Source: Pseudomonadota bacterium
Lineage (GTDB): Bacteria > Pseudomonadota > Gammaproteobacteria > Xanthomonadales > Rhodanobacteraceae
Length of the DNA: 64,000 bases
Reading direction: 5' to 3'
Assembly (NCBI GenBank): GCA_018241145.1
Contig: JAFEEJ010000264.1
Location: forward strand, 5,737 to 69,736
Shown here: positions 19,469 to 27,460 of the stretch, piece after piece
How positions within the stretch are numbered: the stretch's first letter is position 1
Layout: each line of letters starts with the position of its first letter
Notes under the pieces: generated by a model
Seen by the model: only the letters and a program-made list of their open reading frames with translations
The model's database searches: none
Told to the model about the DNA's origin: nothing
Position numbers and translations under genes: made by a program

Positions 19469-20196
19469 GGTGCGACGCTGAGGCTCGCAAGCTGGCTGAG
19501 CATCCTGCGTTTGAGGAACACGTTGCCCAGCGCGATCAGCCAGTACGTCAGCCCGGGAATCGCGACCAGCGAAGTCGTGCGCGCATTCGCCGGCAACAGC
19601 CACCACGCGAGCAATGCCGAAAGCAGGCCAATCCCCACCGACAGCGCCCAACGCAGCAGCCCTGCGCGGGTGATGATGACTTCGCGCGCATCCAGTTCGA
19701 GCGACCCGCGCATCCGCAGGGCATGGTGGTAGAACAACAGGATCACGACCGACATGCTGGCATAGGCGATGCCGAAGATGACGTAAATGGTTTCCCAGTC
19801 TGCCGCTGCACGTGCCGGAAGGTGGGCCGCTTGCGATCCGTTGCCCGCGTAAATCGCTGCATTGAACATCATGTGCAGCGGGTAGATGTAAATCAGCACC
19901 ATGAATACCAGCAGCAGGCTGAGAAAGATGCTCGCGCCGTCCTCGATGCCGTAGCGCCGGTACCAGAGATAATGCGCATGCCAGAACAGGCACAGCAGGG
20001 CGAAGCTGGCGGCATATGCGGGCACGCCCTGCAACGCGCTCTTCAATTGCCCGACGTCGGTCGGCACGTGGCCGCCGCCGATCATCAGCAGCGTCACCGC
20101 GAACGCGAAGGCAGCATCGGTGAACGCCTCGATGCGCGTGTTCTCGCCGCCGCGGTAGCGGAAGCCGTTGCGATCGGTAGTTTTACGATGTGCCAT
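19465..20196 (-). CDS. TMEM175/DUF1211 family membrane protein (putative K+ channel)
   Basis: RIEAFTDAAFAFAVTLL is the hallmark RxxxFSD-like first-helix motif, and about 6 TM segments are present. The stop overlaps the bioD start by 4 bp (ATGA). Confidence 0.75.
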   Translation of the reverse strand: MAHRKTTDRNGFRYRGGENTRIEAFTDAAFAFAVTLLMIGGGHVPTDVGQLKSALQGVPAYAASFALLCLFWHAHYLWYRRYGIEDGASIFLSLLLVFMVLIYIYPLHMMFNAAIYAGNGSQAAHLPARAAADWETIYVIFGIAYASMSVVILLFYHHALRMRGSLELDAREVIITRAGLLRWALSVGIGLLSALLAWWLLPANARTTSLVAIPGLTYWLIALGNVFLKRRMLSQLASLSVAP

Positions 20197-20263
20197 GCGC
20201 GTTCCCTGCCGCAGTATGCCAGCGATGTTGCGGCGTACAATTGCGCATCTTCCAGGGACGAAA

Positions 20264-20755
20264 ATGATGTTCGCGGCCCAACCGATCGTTTCGAACAGCA
20301 AACCCGGGTTGTACGACGAACTGGCGCAGCAGGCGCGCGGACTGTTGCACGGCGAATCCAGCCTGATCGCCAACGCCGCCAACTTCGCGGCGCTGGTCTG
20401 GCACGCGTTGCCGGAACTGAACTGGTGCGGGTTCTATCTGTACGACGGCAGGGAACTGGTGGTCGGGCCGTTCCAGGGCCGGCCGGCCTGCGTGCGCATC
20501 GCGCTGGGGCGCGGCGTGTGCGGGCTTGCCGCGCAATCGCGGGAAACGCAGGTGGTGCGGGACGTCAACGCGTTCTCCGACCATATCGCCTGCGATGCGG
20601 CCTCGCAATCCGAAATCGTGGTGCCGCTGATCCAGCGCGACGGTTCGCTGCTCGGCGTGTGGGATGTCGATTCGCCGCGGCCCGCGCGCTTCGACGACGA
20701 GGACCGCGCCGGCATGGAGGCGTTGTGCGCGGTGTTCATGGAATCGCTGGATTGA
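20264..20755 (+). CDS. msrC: GAF-domain free methionine-(R)-sulfoxide reductase (YebR/MsrC-like)
   Basis: WCGFYL, GPFQGRPACVRIALGRGVCG, DHIACDAASQSEIVVPL and GVWDVDS are collinear with E. coli YebR, including the catalytic Cys residues. Confidence 0.85.
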   Translation: MMFAAQPIVSNSKPGLYDELAQQARGLLHGESSLIANAANFAALVWHALPELNWCGFYLYDGRELVVGPFQGRPACVRIALGRGVCGLAAQSRETQVVRDVNAFSDHIACDAASQSEIVVPLIQRDGSLLGVWDVDSPRPARFDDEDRAGMEALCAVFMESLD

Positions 20756-20775
20756 CGCGCGAAGTCTGCCCTCTC

Positions 20776-20948
20776 GTCATTCCGGGCGCCGCGAAGCGCC
20801 GATCCGGACAAATTCGTCTGGAACGTAGTGAACAACCGGAGGTTGGCCCGAAGGGCAAAGTCCATGGATGGACTTTGTAATCCGCTCTTCTTCGAATTCA
20901 TCCAGGATGCAGATTCCGGGTTCCGCGCGAGCGCGACCCGGGAATGAC
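20776..20948 (+). mobile_element. MITE-like element, copy 1 (173 bp) with terminal inverted repeats
   Basis: It starts gtcattccggg and ends cccgggaatgac, giving a ~12-bp TIR. It has an internal palindrome caaagtccatggatggactttg. It is highly similar to 21685..21859 across a core of about 95 bp and at both termini. Confidence 0.75.
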
Positions 20949-20953
20949 GGCCA

Positions 20954-21631
20954 TCAACGCACCACCGCATAGTCGCGCGCGTCCGCGCGCCATTGCGGCG
21001 CGTTGCGGATCGCGGGCAGCACGTCTCCGGGCGCATTCACCATCGACCACATCGCCGCGTGTTCCGGATTCATGAAACGCTCGGCGATCACCTGTTGCAG
21101 GAACGCGTGCAAGGCTTCGTAGAAGCCGCGTGTGTTGAGCAGCACGATCGGCTTGAAGTACAGCCCGAGCCGCTTCAGCGTGATCGCCTCGAACAATTCT
21201 TCCAGCGTGCCGCAGCCGCCGGGCAGCGCGATCACGGCGTCGGAATCGCTCAGCAGGCGGTGCTTGCGCTCGCGCATGTCGGAGACATATTCCATGGTGA
21301 ACCAGCCGTTGCGGCCGGCAGCCGTTCCTGGACCTTGGCGCCAGCCCGGACATCCCTGATCCGGGCGCTGGCCGGGCGCAGCATCCCCCTGATGCTGCGC
21401 TTTTCCCGGCCAGCCCCATTCCAGGTCGGCCATGAACCGCGGCAGGATGCCGATCACCTCGCCGCCTTTCGACAAGGCGCCATCGGCCACCGCCCCCATC
21501 GATCCCGCCGAGCCGCCGCCGTACACGACCGTGCACCTTGCCTGCGCGAGCAATTCGCCCGTGCGAAACGCGGCTTCGCGATACACCGGATCGGCCCGGT
21601 CGCTGGAAGCACAGTAGACGCAGATGCGCAT
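20954..21631 (-). CDS. LOG family protein (TIGR00730 Rossmann-fold nucleotide-binding / cytokinin riboside 5'-monophosphate phosphoribohydrolase-like)
   Basis: ICVYCASS, VVYGGGSAGSMGAVA, MRERK and ALPGGCGTLEELFE are the LOG signature motifs. The gene contains an extra ~33-aa segment between the EWG and RNGW positions (see the repeat at 21314..21412). Confidence 0.85.
   Translation of the reverse strand: MRICVYCASSDRADPVYREAAFRTGELLAQARCTVVYGGGSAGSMGAVADGALSKGGEVIGILPRFMADLEWGWPGKAQHQGDAAPGQRPDQGCPGWRQGPGTAAGRNGWFTMEYVSDMRERKHRLLSDSDAVIALPGGCGTLEELFEAITLKRLGLYFKPIVLLNTRGFYEALHAFLQQVIAERFMNPEHAAMWSMVNAPGDVLPAIRNAPQWRADARDYAVVR
21314..21412. repeat. 99-bp REP-like double hairpin located in frame inside the LOG gene
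   Basis: Hairpin 1 (21340-21372) is gccagcccgga-catccctga-tccggg(cg)ctggc. Hairpin 2 (21370-21411) is ggccggg-cgcagcat-ccccctg-atgctgcg-ctttt-cccggcc. The boundaries were set by aligning by eye to LOG proteins recalled from memory. Confidence 0.6.
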
Positions 21632-21684
21632 GGATGTGAGGCGGAAGGCGGTGGACGGGGAGGGTAACGCCGGAACACCAAATC

Positions 21685-21859
21685 GTCATTCCGGATGCGG
21701 CGTGGCCGCGATCCGGACAAATTCGTCTGGAACGTGGTGAACAACCGCAGGTTGGCCCGAAGGACAAAGTCCATGGATGGACTTTGTAATCGGCTCTTTC
21801 GGAATGCGATGAATAAAAGCAGATTCCGGGTTCCGCGCTGCGCGCGGCCCCGGAATGAC
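21685..21859 (+). mobile_element. MITE-like element, copy 2 (175 bp), same orientation as copy 1
   Basis: It starts gtcattccgg and ends ccggaatgac. It shares the core gatccggacaaattcgtctggaacgtRgtgaacaacc..aggttggcccgaaggRcaaagtccatggatggactttgtaatc with copy 1. Confidence 0.75.
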
Positions 21860-21872
21860 GATGGACTTTATG

Positions 21873-21924
21873 CTTTCCGGCTTCCGGCTTCCGGCTTCCG
21901 GCTTCCGGCTTCCGGCTTCCGGCT
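21873..21924. repeat. heptanucleotide tandem repeat (CTTCCGG)n
   Basis: Six perfect cttccgg units (21881-21922) follow one imperfect unit (ctttccgg). The tract abuts the rho stop codon (21925-21927). Confidence 0.95.
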
Positions 21925-23430
21925 CTACCGCTTCATCGAATTGAAGAACTCCTCGTTGGTCTTGGTGTTCTTCATCTTGTCCAGCATGAATTCCATCGCG
22001 GCGAGCTCGTCCATCGGGTGCAGCAGTTTGCGCAGGATCCAGATCTTCTGCAGCATGTCCGGCTCGATCAGCAGGTCCTCGCGGCGCGTGCCGGAACGAT
22101 TGATGTTGATCGCCGGGTAAACGCGCTTCTCGCTGATGCGGCGGTCGAGATGCACTTCCATGTTGCCGGTGCCCTTGAATTCCTCGTAGATCACCTCGTC
22201 CATCTTGCTGCCGGTGTCGATCAGCGCGGTGGCGATGATGGTGAGCGAACCGCCTTCCTCGACGTTGCGCGCGGCGCCGAAGAAACGCTTGGGCCGTTGC
22301 AGCGCATTGGCGTCCACGCCGCCGGTCAGCACCTTGCCGGAACTCGGCACCACGGTGTTGTAGGCGCGTGCGAGGCGCGTGATGGAATCGAGCAGGATCA
22401 CCACATCGCGCTTGTGTTCGACCAGGCGCTTGGCGCGCTCGATCACCATCTCGGCGACCTGCACGTGGCGCACCGCGGGTTCGTCGAAGGTGGACGACAC
22501 CACTTCGGCCTTCACGCCGCGCTGCATCTCGGTGACTTCTTCCGGCCGCTCGTCGATCAGCAGGATGATCAGGTGCACGTCCGGGTGGTTGTGCACGATC
22601 GCCTGCGCGACGTTCTGCAGCATCATGGTCTTGCCGGCTTTCGGCTGGCTGACGATCAGGCCGCGCTGGCCCTTGCCGATCGGCGCGATCAGGTCGAGGA
22701 TGCGGCCGGTGATGTCCTCGCTGGAGCCGTTGCCGCGCTCCAGGTGGAACGCCTTGCGTGGGAACAACGGGGTCAGGTTTTCGAACAGCAGCTTGTTCTT
22801 GGATGCTTCCGGCGGATCGTTGTTGATGGTTTCGACGCGCAGCAGCGCGAAATAGCGTTCGCCGTCCTTCGGGTGGCGCACCGCGCCGGTGAGGTAATCG
22901 CCGGTGCGCAGGTTGAAGCGGCGGATCTGCGAAGGCGACACGTAGATGTCGTCCGGGCCGGCGAGATACGACTCGTCGGCCGAGCGCAGGAAGCCGAAAC
23001 CGTCCTGCAGGATTTCCAGCACGCCTTCGGCCCAGATGCCGCCGCCCGAACGCGCGTGGGCCTTCAGGATGTTGAAGATCACGTCCTGCTTGCGCGCACG
23101 CGCCACGCCTTCCTGGATGCCGAGTTCCTCGGCCAGCGCCAGCAATTGCGGTGCGTTCTTGCGTTTCAGTTCCGTGAGGTTGATCAGGCGATTGGGATCG
23201 CCCGCTTCGCCTTCGTCGCCGTTGTCCTGCGGCAGGCCGTTGCCGCCGCCCTGAGGACTGCCGCTGCGGCCGCGATCGTGCCGGCCGCGCCGGCGCCGCC
23301 CGCGTTCGGGGCGGTTGCCGCTCTCGCGCGCCGGAGTATCGCCGTTGCGTTCGGAGGAGGATTCGTTGGGGGTTTCGGGTGCGGACGCGCGCGCGTCATC
23401 GCCGGGAGGAGTGTTTTGGGTATCGGACAC
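21925..23430 (-). CDS. rho: transcription termination factor Rho, with an ~82-aa N-terminal extension
   Basis: From [10 protein letters not shown] onward it is collinear with E. coli Rho, including GFGFLR, the RNP-like motifs, the Walker A sequence PKAGKT, and the Q- and R-loops. It starts at GTG (23430) with GAGG 9 nt upstream. The extension contains no alternative ATG, GTG or TTG. Confidence 0.93.
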   Translation of the reverse strand: MSDTQNTPPGDDARASAPETPNESSSERNGDTPARESGNRPERGRRRRGRHDRGRSGSPQGGGNGLPQDNGDEGEAGDPNRLINLTELKRKNAPQLLALAEELGIQEGVARARKQDVIFNILKAHARSGGGIWAEGVLEILQDGFGFLRSADESYLAGPDDIYVSPSQIRRFNLRTGDYLTGAVRHPKDGERYFALLRVETINNDPPEASKNKLLFENLTPLFPRKAFHLERGNGSSEDITGRILDLIAPIGKGQRGLIVSQPKAGKTMMLQNVAQAIVHNHPDVHLIILLIDERPEEVTEMQRGVKAEVVSSTFDEPAVRHVQVAEMVIERAKRLVEHKRDVVILLDSITRLARAYNTVVPSSGKVLTGGVDANALQRPKRFFGAARNVEEGGSLTIIATALIDTGSKMDEVIYEEFKGTGNMEVHLDRRISEKRVYPAININRSGTRREDLLIEPDMLQKIWILRKLLHPMDELAAMEFMLDKMKNTKTNEEFFNSMKR

Positions 23431-23684
23431 GGGGTTCGCCTCGGGGGCGCCGTTGTGGAAAGCGGAAAGGAATGAATGGGAAGATCGCGGAGCCTTCCGG
23501 CCCGCGGGGCTGCTGACGTTCTCAGAGTCCCTGTCGCGACGGCCGGCGCGCGTACGCAGCCGGCACAGTCAATCTAGCACTGCCGCATGGCCGGCGACAA
23601 GCGGCCCGTGCGGGAGCCCGGCGCGTTTCATGGAACGCGCCGGACGGCGGGGCGGACAGCCATGCCCGTCGTTTCCCTCGATCG

Positions 23685-24038
23685 CTACGCGATGGAGCGG
23701 CCGGCCGCGTCGCCGATGGTCTTGTCGATCAGCTGGGTCAACTGGCCCTTGCTGACCGCGCCGATCTGGGTGGCCTCGACCTTGCCGCCCTTGAAGATCA
23801 TCAAGGTCGGAATGCCGCGGATGCCATAGGTGCGCGGCGTCTTCTGGTTCTCGTCGGTGTTGATCTTGGCGATTTTCAATTTGCCGTGGTAGGACTTGGC
23901 GATGTCGTCCAGCAACGGGGCGATGGCCTTGCACGGCCCGCACCACTCGGCCCAGAAGTCCACCAGCACCGGCGTGTCGGATTGCAGCACCTGCGCTTCG
24001 AAATCGGCATCGCTGACGTGGGTGACGTGTTCGCTCAT
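23685..24038 (-). CDS. trxA: thioredoxin
   Basis: The WAEWCGPCK active site is present, and the trxA-rho linkage matches that in E. coli. Confidence 0.93.
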   Translation of the reverse strand: MSEHVTHVSDADFEAQVLQSDTPVLVDFWAEWCGPCKAIAPLLDDIAKSYHGKLKIAKINTDENQKTPRTYGIRGIPTLMIFKGGKVEATQIGAVSKGQLTQLIDKTIGDAAGRSIA

Positions 24039-24146
24039 CGGAGGATCCTGCGGCCGCGAAACGGGAAAGATACAACTATGGGGATGCCGGCGGCGATTGC
24101 AAGGGCGGGCGCGAACGCCGTGGTTGGGCTACACTTCCACGTATTT

Positions 24147-24313
24147 TGCGATCGTCCCTGATCGCGCAGATCAAAAGCAGCCACCTGTGGTTGCAAGCTT
24201 GTTTCAGCGATCTTCCATGATCGCAGGAATCGCGACGCGGACATCCTGTCCGCACCACGATTTCTGCGATCGATCCCTGATCGCGAAGATCAAAAAGCGG
24301 TCATCCTGACCGC
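24147..24313. repeat. three tandem 59-60-bp units, each with two hairpins; GATC-dense
   Basis: Hairpin A (gcgatc-N6/7-gatcgc) occurs at 24148, 24207 and 24266. Hairpin B (gcggNc-atcct-gNccgc, or gcagccac-ct-gtggttgc) occurs at 24177, 24237 and 24297. Nine GATC sites lie within 24150-24291. Confidence 0.85.
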
Positions 24314-24328
24314 ACATTTCACAAACAC

Positions 24329-25672
24329 ATGGCTCAACACGTCCTCACCGATACCTTCTTCGAACAGTTCGATCTGCATCCCCTGCTGGCACGTGGCCTG
24401 GCGGACTGCGGTTTCACGCGTTGCACGCCGATCCAGGCGTTGACCCTGCCGGTGGCGCTCGAAGGGCGCGACGTCGCGGGACAGGCGCAGACCGGCACCG
24501 GCAAGACCTGTGCCTTCCTGGTCGCGGTGCTCAACCGTTTGCTGACCCGGCCGGCGGTCGCCGACCGCCGCGACGCCGATCCGCGCGCGCTGATCATCGC
24601 GCCGACACGTGAATTGGCGATGCAGATCGACAAGGACGCGCGCGCGATCGGCCGCCATACCGGATTGCGTTTCGCGCTGATCTACGGCGGCGTGGATTAC
24701 GACAAGCAGCGCCAGCAGTTGCAGGACGGCTGCGACATCATCATCGCCACGCCGGGCCGGCTGATCGATTACTTCAAGCAGCACGTCTTCAGCTTCCGCG
24801 CGGTCGAGGCGTTCGTGATCGACGAAGCCGACCGCATGTTCGACCTGGGCTTCATCAAGGACGTGCGTTACCTGATGCGCAAGCTGCCGCCGCGCGAGCA
24901 GCGCCAGGGCCTGATGTTCTCGGCCACGCTCAGCTACCGCGTGCTGGAGCTCGCCTACGAGCACATGAACCAGCCGCAGAAGCTGACGGTGGAGACCGAA
25001 CGCGTCACCGCCGACCGCGTGCGCCAGCAGGTGTATTTTCCGTCCAAGGAAGAAAAGATCCCGCTGCTGCTCAACCTGCTGGAACGCACCGATCCCGCGC
25101 GCAGCATCGTGTTCGTCAACACCAAGGCCGCGGCGGAACGCGTGACGCAACGGCTGTCGCGGCATGGCTACGTGGTCGGCGCGCTGTCGGGCGACGTGCC
25201 GCAGAAGAAGCGCCAGAAACTGCTCGAGCGTTTCCAGAAAGGCGAGGTGCAATTGCTGGTCGCCACCGACGTGGCCGCACGCGGCCTGCACATCCCCGAC
25301 GTCAGCCACGTGTTCAACTACGACCTGCCGCAGGACGGCGAGGATTACGTGCACCGCATCGGCCGCACCGCGCGGCTGGGCGCCGAGGGCGACGCGATCA
25401 GCTTCGCCTGCGACCTCTACGCGATGAGCCTTCCGGACATCGAGCACTACATCGGCCAGAAGATTCCGGTGCAGGGCATCGACGCGGGGCTGCTGGCGAT
25501 GCCGCGTCCGCGCGGCATCGCGCGCCACGCCGCGCATGACGATGACGACGAAGAAGACACCATCGCCGCGGCATCGGCGGATACCGGAGATGCGAAGCCG
25601 GGCGGCGCACCGCCCGCACGCCGCCGCCGCCGGCGCAAGCCGCGGGAACGTTCCGCGCCGGCTTCGAACTGA
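24329..25672 (+). CDS. rhlB: ATP-dependent RNA helicase RhlB (DEAD-box)
   Basis: The Q motif, [22 protein letters not shown], and [28 protein letters not shown] are present, followed by an Arg-rich C-terminal tail. Confidence 0.88.
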   Translation: MAQHVLTDTFFEQFDLHPLLARGLADCGFTRCTPIQALTLPVALEGRDVAGQAQTGTGKTCAFLVAVLNRLLTRPAVADRRDADPRALIIAPTRELAMQIDKDARAIGRHTGLRFALIYGGVDYDKQRQQLQDGCDIIIATPGRLIDYFKQHVFSFRAVEAFVIDEADRMFDLGFIKDVRYLMRKLPPREQRQGLMFSATLSYRVLELAYEHMNQPQKLTVETERVTADRVRQQVYFPSKEEKIPLLLNLLERTDPARSIVFVNTKAAAERVTQRLSRHGYVVGALSGDVPQKKRQKLLERFQKGEVQLLVATDVAARGLHIPDVSHVFNYDLPQDGEDYVHRIGRTARLGAEGDAISFACDLYAMSLPDIEHYIGQKIPVQGIDAGLLAMPRPRGIARHAAHDDDDEEDTIAAASADTGDAKPGGAPPARRRRRRKPRERSAPASN

Positions 25673-25809
25673 ACGTTCCATCGCACGACGCGCGGGCGCG
25701 GGAATCCGTCGCGCCGGAACCGCCAACGGATCGACAGCCGGAACCACGGCGAGGTTTGTTACGCTTCCTCCGGTTCCCTTCGCCGCTTCTCCTGTCGCCG
25801 ATTCCCGTC

Positions 25810-26487
25810 GTGATCCATTTCGAATCCGTCAATCAGCATTACGTCAACGGGCACGAGGCGTTGAACGGACTCACGTTCCGCATTGCCGCGGGCGAGATGG
25901 CGTTCGTCACCGGGCATTCCGGCGCGGGCAAGACCACGTTGCTCAAGCTGATCGCATTGATCGAGCGTCCCAGCCATGGCGTGATCCGCGTCGGCGGCGA
26001 GGATCTCGCGAAGGTGCGTGGCCGGCGCGTGGCGCGGCACCGGCGGGGCATCGGCATGGTTTTCCAGGATCACCGGCTGCTGATGGATCGCAGCGTCGCC
26101 GCCAACGTGGAATTGCCGCTGGTGATCGCCGGCGTGCGCGCGGACGAACGCGCGCGGCGGGTGCGAGCGGCGCTCGACAAGGTCGGATTGCTGGCGTACG
26201 AAAAACAGGCACCGGTCACGCTTTCCACCGGCGAACAGCAGCGCGTGGGCATCGCGCGTGCGATCGTTTCCAGGCCGGCGCTGATCATCGCCGACGAACC
26301 GACCGGCAACCTCGACCCGCAACTTTCGTTCGACATCATGCAATTGTTCACCCGGTTCCAGCAGCTCGGCGCCACCGTGCTGATCGCCAGCCACGACCTG
26401 CCGCTGCTCAAGCGCCTGAAGAAGCGCACGCTGGTGCTGGACCACGGGCGCCTGGTCGCCGACGTGCCGGCCGAGGAGATCGCGTGA
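25810..26487 (+). CDS. ftsE: cell division ATP-binding protein FtsE
   Basis: VIHFESVNQHY aligns with E. coli MIRFEHVSKAY, supporting the GTG start at 25810. The Walker A motif GHSGAGKTT, the signature LSTGEQQR, and the Walker B motif LIIADEPTGNLD are present. Confidence 0.9.
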   Translation: MIHFESVNQHYVNGHEALNGLTFRIAAGEMAFVTGHSGAGKTTLLKLIALIERPSHGVIRVGGEDLAKVRGRRVARHRRGIGMVFQDHRLLMDRSVAANVELPLVIAGVRADERARRVRAALDKVGLLAYEKQAPVTLSTGEQQRVGIARAIVSRPALIIADEPTGNLDPQLSFDIMQLFTRFQQLGATVLIASHDLPLLKRLKKRTLVLDHGRLVADVPAEEIA

Positions 26488-27452
26488 ACACGAAGGCGGA
26501 CGAATCGCCGACCGCGCCGCGCGCCGTCAGGCATTCGCGCTGGCGCGCGTGGCGCGAGCAGGACGCGTGGTGCCGCCGCGCCGGCCTGCGCGCGCTCGCG
26601 CAACGACCTTTCGGCACCGCATTGACGATCGTGGTGCTGGGATTCGCGCTGGCGTTGCCGCTGGTGTTCTATCTGCTGCTGGTCAACGCGCAGCGCATCG
26701 CCGGCGCGCTGGGCGAGTCGCAATCGATCAGCGTCTTCCTGAAACCCGAGGTCGGCGCGCGCGACGCGAACACCCTGGCCGCGCAATTGCGCGCGCGCGC
26801 GGGTGTGGCGCAGGTGACGTTGAAATCGCCGGCGCAGGGGTTGTCCGAACTCGCGGCGTTGCAGGGCTTCGGCGAGGCATTGCATGCGCTGCCGGACAAT
26901 CCGTTGCCGTTCGTCCTGCTGGTGCAGCCGCAAAACGGATCGTCGCGCGACCGGATCGCCGCACTGGCCGCCGACCTGCGCGCCCACGCGGGCGTGGACC
27001 TGGTGCAGGACAACGGCGCGTGGCGCGCGCGGCTGGATACCCTGATCGCGCTGGGCCGGCGCATTACCCTGCTGTTCGCCGGGCTGCTCGCGGTCGCGGC
27101 CCTGGGCGTGGTCGGCAACACGGTGCGGCTGGACATCCGCGCGCGCGCCGACGAGATCGCGGTGCAACGACTGGTCGGCGCGAGCCCGGGATTCGTGCGT
27201 CTGCCTTATCTTTACGAAGGCGTGTGTTACGGATTGCTGGCGGGCGTGGTGGCGGTATTGTTGCTGCTCGCGCTGGAGGCCGGGCTGGCTTCGCCGGTGC
27301 GGGCGCTGGTCGGCAGCTATGCCGGGCAACTGGAATTCTCCGGGCTGCCCGTCACAGTATGGGTTCTCGTGCCGTTGATCGCGGCGCTGCTGGGCTGGCT
27401 GGGTGCGTTTTTTGCCAGTACCCGCTACCTCCTGCGCGCATCGCTTTCCTAG
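26484..27452 (+). CDS. ftsX: cell division permease FtsX
   Basis: The GTG start overlaps the ftsE stop (GTGA). It has four TM segments and a periplasmic loop, and its order after ftsE is conserved. Confidence 0.88.
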   Translation: MNTKADESPTAPRAVRHSRWRAWREQDAWCRRAGLRALAQRPFGTALTIVVLGFALALPLVFYLLLVNAQRIAGALGESQSISVFLKPEVGARDANTLAAQLRARAGVAQVTLKSPAQGLSELAALQGFGEALHALPDNPLPFVLLVQPQNGSSRDRIAALAADLRAHAGVDLVQDNGAWRARLDTLIALGRRITLLFAGLLAVAALGVVGNTVRLDIRARADEIAVQRLVGASPGFVRLPYLYEGVCYGLLAGVVAVLLLLALEAGLASPVRALVGSYAGQLEFSGLPVTVWVLVPLIAALLGWLGAFFASTRYLLRASLS

Positions 27453-27460
27453 GCCCTGAC

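Noticed and set aside
20776-21859. MITE-LOG-MITE as a composite transposon mobilising the LOG gene.
   Set aside because: The copies are direct rather than inverted. There is no transposase, no target-site duplication that I can see, and the LOG gene has host-like composition. Bracketing by independent insertions, or a recombination substrate, is more parsimonious.
21873-21924. The heptamer repeats as classical phase-variation switches (frameshifting within a coding region or altering promoter spacing).
   Set aside because: Both the 21873 and 37717 arrays lie at the 3' ends of genes, outside the credible ORFs and not between -35 and -10 elements. The ORF-track peptides that read through them (RLPASGF.., SPLTAHR..) are artefacts.
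24147-24313. The tandem hairpin array as a CRISPR array or a Dam/SeqA sequestration site.
   Set aside because: It has three units only and no unique spacers of CRISPR length, because the units are contiguous and internally structured. No cas genes are present. As for SeqA and Dam, I cannot see either gene here and do not expect them in this lineage, so the GATC density is reported only as an observation.
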